From: the human T2T-CHM13v2.0 reference genome, Homo sapiens
Length of the DNA: 64,000 nucleotides
NCBI RefSeq assembly: GCF_009914755.1
Contig: NC_060932.1
Reading direction: 5' to 3' (one strand)
Both the position numbers and the translations under genes were made by a program. Below are positions 54,520 through 64,000 of this stretch, piece by piece (position 1 is the first letter of the stretch; each line of letters starts with the position of its first letter). The notes under the pieces are model-generated. The model saw only the letters and a program-made list of their open reading frames with translations, made no database searches and was not told the DNA's origin.

Positions 54520-55520
54520 ATTTGTTCACCTATTTAGTCAGTGATTAGTTGCTTAAACATCTATCAAACAATTATTGAACAGAGACCATTAAGCACAAGA
54601 TGAGGAAGTCATAGTTTTCATTCTCAAGGAACTGTGAGTGAGAGAAAGACATTTCCTAGTGACAGAACAACATTTATCAATAGAAGTCTAAGTACTAGAA
54701 ATATTTATAAGAATTCTAAGATTTTAGAAGCAAAATGAATCCCAGCAAGTTAGGAGCTCAGGAAAGGTATAAAAACATTTTAAAGCACTGCCATGTAACC
54801 TAGGCATTGAAAAATAAATAATGTTTCAGTGAAGAGAAGTGACAGGTAAGTGCAATTTTATCATGAAATTGTAAATATGGTAGACTGATAAGTAACCAGT
54901 TATGTGAAACATGAGTAAGTGTTGGTACCATGAGATATTGGGCTGAAAAAGTTGTTTGAAGGGTGGAAGTACTAATACTTTATTTGGTAGTCAATGGGTT
55001 GAATGAAAATTTGTAAATAAGAAGGTGAATTTATTAGAGTAGTGTTTTAGGAAAGTTAGCAGAGGGCTGACATATATCCATGTGGCAAATAAGATGAAGA
55101 ACAAACAAGAGAGCCTCGAAGTGGGGTGACCAGTAGGGAGATTGTATTCCTTCAAGACTGAACTAGGATTGGAAAAGAGGAACAAACAGATACGGCAGAG
55201 ATGGAATTGATAGAATGTAGTAACCAATTTGATTTGGGGAAAGAAGAAAAAGATGGCGAAGGAGTTAAAGGCAACTCACTTTTTAAGCCTGGGTGACTGG
55301 ATATGTGAAAAATTAACAAATAGATGAAAGGTAGGAGAGAGAGCTAGCTTGTAAGAGAAATACTGGACTGAAAAACATAAAATACAAACCCAGTTGACAT
55401 TATCAAAAGAGCAAGTTGTACTTAAAGTCAGCAAATCTGAGATCTTGGAGAGATCTCTGAGTAACGAAGCTCTATTACATACATGGGAAACCCATGGTAT
55501 GGCATCCCTAATAGTGACAT
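54520..55520 (-). mobile_element. Old L2 fragment
   Basis: Purine-rich antisense L2 motifs (ggaattgatagaatgtagtaaccaatttgatttgggg, ttttaagcctgggtgactgg). Confidence 0.55.
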
Positions 55521-56804
55521 GATATGTCCATGGATGAAGAGCTCTGTATACTACCAAGTCAATTATTCCATTTTAGTATCCTATTTATTATAAACGGTTT
55601 TATTATAATTAACTAAATCCTAGTTCTTGTCATTTCTCACTTGTTCATTTTCATCTTATGTAGAGAATAACAGAACACTCTCCTTTATAAGATGGCTTTT
55701 TCTATTATTTCACAAGTTATGTTTCTGTTTTATTCCCCATAGTAACAATTATCAGTTCCCCTACGTTTTTGTCATGCAAAGTTATTTACACATGCCTTGC
55801 TATTCTGATGACCTTTGTCTGGAAGATCTCCAAAATATGTATATCTCTCAAAAATATAGAATCTACAATTGAGAAAATCATCAAGATACATCTTGTGTCT
55901 TCCTTGCTGCAAAGCCACATACTTAACCAACCAACAGACCTCCTCCTTAATTATACAATTACGGATTGAAGCCTTTTCTTTAAGAAAGGCCAAAACTATA
56001 GGTATGAAAATATGCTACTTAATTTGAGGTCGACACTTAATTTAAGAGGGGCTTTCCTTAGCTTTATAGCAATATTTTTTAGCCAATTCCTATGGCAAGT
56101 CTCTGAGTTTACATACAGTTAGAAAAAACCCTCTTTAGAGGCCATCCAGGAGCATCCTCTTGTTAATGAGAGGAAACATTACTCAAGGTCAGAAACTTCA
56201 GGTGGAGCTTTAGCCCTACCACTACTTAAGTGTGAGCTTTTTGAGTTTCTGTTTCTTTTTTTCTAAAATGGGGATAAATATCCTCATGTCTCATGACTAC
56301 GTAAGTGTCAAAATCAAAACAGAACAATGTATGACAAATGTCCTGCATGTCTTCCACAACTGTATGAAAGTAATAGTGCAGGTGAGTGAACTAAGGCAAA
56401 GAAGTGAGTGCCTTACATTGCCTTACACCCCCAGATTAGAGGGGAGTCTTCATGCCCTGTTAGAACCACACATCTGTGCTGGAGTAATGTAGAAGAGTCT
56501 CACCCAGTCACAGCAATGAAGAGAGTGGGAGCAAACTGGAATCCATATTCACTCTAACCCCTAACATTGCCAGTTGCCAAAGCCAACTGCTTCTTGCTTT
56601 CCCCAGGATCCTTCTCCGCTTCTCCCTTACAATTGCCATCATATTTCTCTCCAACTTCTGTCCTCTGTGCAGTTCTCACTGAATCACTAAACACATGGAG
56701 TGCCTACCACACCCAAAGCACAATGTTCACCACTGGAAATGTGAAGTTGAGTAAAATTTGATTCCAATTTTCCTGGAGTTTACATCATATCTGAAAAGGG
56801 CAGT

Positions 56805-57575
56805 CTTCACATGCACTGGGATGTCTAGGCTCAAAAAGTCGGATATACAAGTGTTGGTAAAGATGTGGAGAAATATAGAAGCCTCATACACAGCTAGTGG
56901 GAATGTAAAATGGCATCACCACCTTGGAAAGCAGCCTAGTAATTCCCCACATAATTAAATACAGAGTTACCATATGACCCAATAATTTCTCTCCCAGGTA
57001 TATACACATGAGACTTAAACACACATGTCCACACAAAAACTTGTATATAAATGTTTATGACAGGAGTATTTATAACAGCCAAAAGTGGAAATAATCCGAA
57101 TATCCATCAATGGATGAATGGCCAAACAAATGTAGCATATTTATCCAATGGAATATTATTCAGCCATTAAAAGGACTGAAGTACTAATACATGCTACAAC
57201 TTGGATAAACTTTGAAAATATTATACTAAGTGAAAGAAGCCAGCAATTAAAATTCACATATTATACAATTCCATTCCTATGAAGGTCCAGAATAGGGAAA
57301 TCAACAGAGACAGAAAGTCCATTAGGGGTTACCAGGGCTGAGAGTATAGGTGAAGAGGGAGTTAGAAAGTGGTGATAGCTAAAGGATATGGGGGTTTTTT
57401 GGAGGTGATGAAATTTTTGGTCTCAGGATTCCTACACCCTCTCAAAAATGTTCTAAAATTGACTGGTAAAGTTTGCACCTATCTGTGAATATACTAGAAA
57501 CCACTGAATCTTACACTTTAAAAGTATGACTTGTGTGGTGTATGAATTACATCTCAATAAAGCTGTTTTTTCAAA
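56805..57575 (+). mobile_element. L1MB/L1MC-type 3' fragment
   Basis: agagttaccatatgaccca...ccacacaaaaacttgta...gtatgaattacatctcaataaagctg. Confidence 0.85.
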
Positions 57576-58109
57576 AAAGGCAAAGCCAGATGAGTGCTGT
57601 AAAGGATTTGAATTGCCATGGTAAAAAGTAGAGTTCATCGGTGACAGCAAGGAGGGAGTTCAACCCGGACATCAGGAAAGACTTTACAGAAGAGTGATGC
57701 TAAGGCTGAGGCTTGAAATATGAGTGGGTGTTTATTGTCTCCAGGGATCCTTCTCCAATCCATTAGACACGCTGCTACCACAGTGATCTTTTAACAATTA
57801 AAATCTGATCGTGCTACAGAGAGGCACATAGGCATCTTCTAAGGCCCTGCTCATGTCCTGTTTCTTTCTGTGGGTTGAGGATACATGAGTGTTACTTTCT
57901 CTGTGTATACAAATTACAGTATATACATTTGTTGAAATAGATGATACTTTGCAAAATAAAAAATAATTTTATTATATGACTATCCTGCCTAAAATTACTC
58001 AATAGATTCACATCACTAACATGGTAGAGATTTCGCTGTTGGGTATGACGTGGCTTTGTTTACCGTTACATCCTCAGCTACTTGCACGGTGCCTACACAT
58101 GGGAGACCT

Positions 58110-58580
58110 ACAGTTTTAGATTGTCTCTGAGACTGAGACAATGACTTGGGAGTAGGCAGTTTATTCAGGCGGTGATCCCAGGAAGTGAGAGTGAGGGAGA
58201 GGCAAGTTAGGAGGAAAAGCCTGTAGAACAGTGCATCATCAAGGTTGCCACTGTAGGCGATGGGGCTTTGTTCCCTCCAGCACCTCTGAGGAGCAATGGT
58301 ATGCCTCCTAAAATGGTCTATTGGACCAACAGGAGACTGGAGCATACCTGCTCCTGCACTCCATGGTCCTTAACTTATGGGTCGTCAGAGCAGGCTCCTA
58401 GGGGCCAAAGAAGGCCTAGAAGCAGAAAGCGGAGAGTAGGGAAATGTACCGCGCGTTTGAGGTGGGGGCTGCCAGCCCTGGAGGAGTCTGAGCTTGAGCA
58501 GAGCTGCCCACTGCTGCTGTGGCAGAAATTAGAAGTGCACCCAAGGGGATGTGCCATGGGACACCAGAGGCTTCTGCTAT
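58110..58580. mobile_element. Old ERVL/MaLR LTR fragment
   Basis: gactgagacaatgacttgggagtaggcagtttattcaggcggtgatcccaggaag. Confidence 0.5.
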
Positions 58581-58722
58581 ATACTTTTTCTAAATGAATG
58601 CAATTCCCGCATTGCCTGTACACATGTATTTTGCTCCAATTAGACAACTACTTGCAGTTACCTGAAACTGAAAGTGCTCTGTCCCCACCACCACACCTCT
58701 GCTTTTAAAGATTCTATTTCAA

Positions 58723-58844
58723 GGCCATGATAGCTCATGCCTGTAATCCTAGAATTTTGGGAGGCCGAGGGGGGAGAATCTTTTGAGCCTGGGAGTTTGA
58801 AACCAGCCTCTAAAAAAGTGAGACCCCATCTAAAAAAAAAAAAA
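58723..58844 (+). mobile_element. Free left Alu monomer (FLAM-like) with TSD
   Basis: Single arm plus A-tail; TSD aaagattctatttca at 58707-58721 and 58842-58856. Confidence 0.88.
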
Positions 58845-58967
58845 GATTCTATTTCAGAATTTTTTTCCATCTTCCTGTTGAACTCATACTCATACAAAGA
58901 ACCCTGTTTGAATGTCTTCTTATCCATGACACCTTCTCTCTTGGCTTTCCTTGCACCAGAACACATT

Positions 58968-59388
58968 TGTATTAGTTCATTCTTGGGCTGTTTTAAATAA
59001 ATACCTGAGACTGGGTAATTTATAAAGAAAAGAGGTATAATTGGCTCATGGTTCTGCAGGCTGTACAGAAAGCAAGATGCTGGCATCTGCTTGGCTTCTG
59101 GGAGGCCTCAGGAAAATTTACAGTCATGGCAGAAGACAAAGGGGGAGCAGCACGTCACATGGCTGGAGTAGGAAGAAAGTTCGGGAGGAGTGTTTAAAAG
59201 CCACTCACTTTTAAATGACCAGATCTCACGAGAACTCACTCACTAGAGCAACCAAGGGTAAAGGTGTTAAGCCATTCATAAGAAATCTCCCCCGTGATCC
59301 AGTCACTTCCCACCAGACCCCACCTCCAGCACTGAGGATTACATTTCAACATGGGTCTTGGGTGGGCACACAGATCCAAACCATATCA
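58968..59388 (-). mobile_element. MST-type (ERVL-MaLR) solo LTR
   Basis: TG...CA termini; aatacctgagactgggtaatttataaagaaaagagg; 5-bp TSD acatt/acatc. Confidence 0.9.
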
Positions 59389-59545
59389 ACATCTCTTCAC
59401 TCTATTCCTTTCTAATTATTTTCATGTGTTTCTCCTCTTAGGCTAGTAAAATACTTAGAAGATAGTAAGAACTCAGTACATGTTAAAAGAAGGGCTGAAT
59501 GGATTTCATAACTTTAAGATTTCAGGTTTTGATAGACAAGTGGAG

Positions 59546-60737
59546 CTGTAACTCTCAAATGTTTTGGTCTCAGCACCTTTATATCCTCTTAAAAATTATT
59601 GTGGGTTCCATAGAGCTTTTGTTTCTGTGAATTATATCTGTCAAAATCTAACATAGAAGAAACTGAAGGGATGATACATTAAAAATGCATCATAAAACAT
59701 TACATGTTAGCACAAATAACTTTTTAATAAAAAATAGCTATGTTTAGTGACCATTTTGGCATTGTTCTATATTTTTGGCAAATGTCTTTCATGTCTGACC
59801 TAATAGGAGTCAGCTGGCATCTCACATCTGCTTCCACATCTATCTGTTGTGATATGTTGTTGTGGCTGAAAGTCCACCCTTACACAGATGTGTAATTAGA
59901 AAAGAAAGATATATTTTAATAGCTTTTTAAGGTAATTTGAATATTCTTTGAAACCATACCAAACTCATTGTAAAGTAGTTTCTTAAAGGTTGGTCCCAAT
60001 GGCAAATCTGAAACCCTTTTCATCATTACACTTCGGTCATTTGGAAAGTATTGGTTCACTGAGTTATGTAAATTTTACAAATGTTCAAAGATTTAATTAT
60101 ACAACATCAAAAAGTCATATTTATTAATATCACCACCTATCTCATCAGAAAAGTCTCTAAGTAGTGGGAAGCTGTCATGCTCACAGTGGTAGAGTCTAGT
60201 TTTCAAAATTTTAAATTTTCATTGGAAAGTTCAAATTTTAGCAGTGGAAACAAATACTATGAGTTGTTTTCCTTATAGCAAGAGGTTTATTTTGTTCAGC
60301 TTTTAAAAAATTCTCTGCCAAATGTCCAAGTCTGAATATCCATAGTCAGTCTGTTGTTCTTTCAAGTAAAAATGCTGTCCCATGTCCTCAAAGGTCTAGA
60401 TTTAATAAAACTAATACTTTTTACATCTTCGTTAAGGGCATCTTTCAGTAAAACTGGCATTTTCTTTTTCATTGCCAGTGTGTGGTACTGAAGAAGAAAA
60501 TGGCAAAAAAGATACTACTCTCTTGAGTAGTATCAGATATCAGAGAGTAGTCAGATACTACTCTCTTGATTCATGTACTTTTACCCACCACTGCTTTTGC
60601 ACCATTAGTGCAAATGTCAACCCAGTGAAATAGACCCCATAACAACTTGGTATTATTATGACAATTGTTTTGGCCTCAGGGAACCCAGAGTCTTAAGAAC
60701 CCCCACAAATCCATAAACCATGCTTTTGGAACTTCTC
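59546..60737. mobile_element. Charlie1-type hAT DNA transposon relic
   Basis: ctctcaaatgttttggtctcag...cttaaaaattatt end; atcaccacctatctcatcagaaaagtc; ttttgcaccattagtgcaaatgtcaac. Confidence 0.8.
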
Positions 60738-61629
60738 AAGTAGAAGACCGATGTCCCATAAATTTTTGCATCTTTGAAAAGAATTTCAAGAGTTTATTAA
60801 GTTGTATCCAAAAAATTATGAGCTGACACAACCTAATTCCTTATCTCATCCTAGCAATGCTTCCTTATCAACCCTGGCCCACTTTGCTGCACCCCAGACC
60901 CTTAAGCTAGGAGCTCCGCTTTTTATCTGACATATACAGCGTCGGTCAAGAGGGTACCAAAACAACAAATGAAAACAGTCAAGAAGGAAAAACAGAGGAA
61001 CTTTTGACATTTTGAAGTAAAGAAACTTCATTGTAATGGGTTCAAGAGTCATTGGATTGCAGTCAGGTTCTCCTTGAACAATAGTTCAGCCTCTTTTGGG
61101 TGTCCAAAGGGAAACTAAGGAAAAGGGATTTTGGCCACATTTAGATTTGAATTCTAACCCATTCCTATGGGCCAGATAGAAACGCAGGCAGCAGGAATGG
61201 GAAAGACTCTAGAGAAAGGGAAAGGTCAAAAGCCAGAGTGGAACTTTATCCTTCCAGTGCTTTCCTTGGCGCGGTCTATGTTTTAAGGAAGAAAGATCAG
61301 ACCTTTTACCAAGGACACCATGAGAGGAAAATACTGGCTGGCAGTTCGAGGGGAAAATACTCAAGGATTTTAGTTAACCAGGGCCTGGGTTGATTTTCAC
61401 AAGTGAATAGGTCATATGCTTGGGAAAGCCATCTGCTGTGTGCCCTGATTTCCCTTCTGACTCATCTCTTACTGGACCATGACTGAACTGAGAGCTGCAT
61501 CTCTAAGGCAAATGCTAATAATGTTTGGATTTTACATTTGAGTAGAGCGTCATAATTTACAAATATTACCCCAACATTTGTTAATCACCTAAGCAATACT
61601 AGGCACATGTATACTTATTAGTTCATTGA

Positions 61630-61860
61630 GTGATAGTAATAATTTATTGAGCATTTACTAGGCATTAGTTCCATGCTAAACACTTTATATATATAAAATC
61701 TTTCTAAAATACTTCCAACAACCTTACAGGTAGTGTTTGCATTTAATGATGAGAGAACTGGCCTCAGGGAAGTTAAGTTATTTGCTCAATGTCATGCAAT
61801 TAAAAAAGGATAGAACTCAGATTCATCTGAATGAAGCTGAGGCTCTTAACCACTATACTA
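61630..61860 (-). mobile_element. MIR SINE
   Basis: atttattgagcatttact...gaactggcctcagggaagttaagttatttgctcaatgtca. Confidence 0.75.
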
Positions 61861-63269
61861 CTCTAGGTAGAAAGTACCCAGGAAGAGCTGGTTAAGTTGT
61901 TTGAAGTGTGCAAGCCTTTGGGAAAGAAAAAAAATTATTAAGTCACAAGCAAAAGTATTTTTCTTCTTTACTAGGTCTCTTTTTTTGATGGTTATTGTCC
62001 TAATAACTGAACAGAAGAAAAACATGCCTCCTCTTATCAGGCTCTGTGACAAGTTAGATACCTAGAGGAGAGGCACTAACTCTCTGGGCCCCTCCCTCAG
62101 TTCATTACTGACATGTGCATGCTGCTGCTGAGAACAAAGTGGGGTCAGCTAATGGGTTTTAGGTTGTGGAGACTTTGTCACTATAAAGTAATGCCTCTAG
62201 GTATGTCACCCACTCATTGCTGGCTCTAAATGAATGGTGACAATATTGCTTGCTGCTCCGTGAATACCATAGCTCTTGGATGACTATAGTAGCTCACAGA
62301 TCTTCTCTGGCAGGTGAACAGGGTCCCTGAGGAGGTCACCGTCAGGTTTTTCAGACCAGGAGGGAATTGTTTCACTCACTGCCGCATGAATGCTGGAAGG
62401 CCCAGTTGGCTCAGTTACTCACAGACCTGTGCTAATGAGCCTGGAGTCAGGTTTTAATACTTGCAGGAATCAATTGGCTTTGCATGGAGAAAAGTCTGCA
62501 CCACTGATTTTATGTTTCCATGATCAGAGCCACTGCCGCAGGATCACACCACGGCAGTCTTTTCCGGGTATCAGGTGCTGCTCAAACTGAAGGCAGGGGG
62601 ATGGCTGTGGAGGCAAAGCAGGTTTCAGCAGTAGCTGGTTCCAAAAATGACTTGAGGTCTTTATTTATTATTCAGGAATTTATTATGGCTTAATTTATGT
62701 TTATTAAGTGAATGAATGAATTTTCTGTTTTCTCCTAAAGATCTTTGTGACCAAGATCTCTGCTTCAGGTAAAATAAAAGAGGGAAATGCCTCAAAATGA
62801 AAAAAGCATCATATTCTTCACAGATGCTCAGGCAGGACGGAGAGTAAAACAGGATCTATTTTAAAGGAGTTAGCAATAAAAGAGTCCAAAAACTGTATTT
62901 TATAAGCAATCTGATTCTTAGATTTCTTATGTGTCTTCTTCTGGGTTTCTTGTCTTTGTTTGGTTTCGCTATCAGATGATCAAATTCTCCTTAAAGACTT
63001 CACCCTGTTTTACATACCATAAGAGAAACTAAAGAAAGGGAGGCTTGGTTGTGCTTCAATTAAGAGTGTTAAGTTTGGTCTCATTCACTTTTGGGGACCA
63101 GGTTTGGCATGGCCAGTATGAATGGAGAATGACTCCAAGGACAAGCCAGAAATCAGAAACAGAGGGGAAAGCTCTTCTTCCTACTCTCTACCACATGGGT
63201 GATCTATGTCCTCTTTTAAGGAGAAAGAAACACGCAAGGCCAAAGGACAGGAAAGTGTTTGATTGCCGT

Positions 63270-63850
63270 TTTAGTGAAAGACAACTTAGAGTTTGGGGTT
63301 AACAAGTTCAATTCAGCTCACAATGTGATCTAGCTACTAATATTCTCAGGCTGCATCCAAAAAAATGTAAGATCCCAATTACAAATTACAAAAAGTAATA
63401 GTCTTGCTACTCTCCCTGCTGGTCACCAAACACGGTGGGAGCTTAGCCTGGCTCTGCCTTTTATTAACTGCACGTCCTTATACAAGTTACTTTACTTCTT
63501 TCAACTTTACCTTTATTATCTGTAAAATGGGGCTTATGATAATAACTCAAAGGATAATTATGATGATTAAATAAAAAGCAACTGATACACATTTAGCCTA
63601 GTTCATAGCCTGTAGTCACAGCGATAAACGGCAGCTCTTAAAACCACTGTTTTGCTGTCAATCTTGTCGGGGCAGCTCAAGGCAGCCTTGTACACTCTGG
63701 CTCTTAATATACAAGTTTGGGCACTTAGGTTGCAAAAAAAAAAAAATCTGCTATATATATATTAGAGATTTTATTTAAAATATGTGGGAGCCCTTAAAAA
63801 CCTAATGGGAAAACTGGAGTCAGGCTCAACACATGAGAACTAACCAGCAA
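63270..63850 (+). mobile_element. CR1/L3-like fragment interrupted by a MIR (about 63435-63640)
   Basis: atgtgatc...aggctgcat...gtaatagtc...ctggtca (CR1-like); caagttactttacttct...tatctgtaaaatgggg (MIR core). Confidence 0.55.
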
Positions 63851-64000
63851 CTCTGTTGGTGGAAGAAGCAGGAGCCATTTTGGCAGTCGTGTCCATAAAA
63901 TTTCACCCTTCTCAGTCTCATGGTGACTCTGTTTAAGATCAAAATTCCAACTTGGATTGCACTCCTAGTGTACAGCCATCGGGGAAAAGTAATTCCCCAA

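Noticed and set aside
56408-56425. Another miR-124 8-mer (GTGCCTTA) plus a 7-mer
   Set aside because: Outside any supported transcript and without comparable 3' pairing; it shows the background rate and tempers the claim at 14154

Overview
This is mammalian, almost certainly human, non-coding genomic DNA. The anchor feature is the precursor of microRNA miR-124-2 (14556-14664, + strand), which from memory places the window at human 8q12.3, inside its lncRNA host MIR124-2HG (about 8.6-18.7 kb). The first ~20 kb is a CpG-island-rich neural regulatory domain in which I see no transposons. It carries a near-perfect REST/RE1 site, CRE/OTX-CRX/E-box clusters and a CTCF-like motif. The remaining ~44 kb is ordinary repeat-rich intergenic DNA: a full-length dead L1PA nested in HAL1, Alus, L2/MIR, MaLR/ERVL LTRs and DNA-transposon relics. 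No host protein-coding gene is supported; the only real ORF remnants are L1 ORF1, ORF2 and ORF0. The most interesting candidate is a miR-124-3p 8-mer site with extra 3' pairing about 380 nt upstream of the hairpin in its own host transcript, which may indicate autoregulation or an alternative fold. A cluster of miR-9 seed matches lies just downstream of the hairpin. Both are hypotheses. Repeat family names come from recognition by eye, not from a database search, and boundaries of old repeats are approximate.
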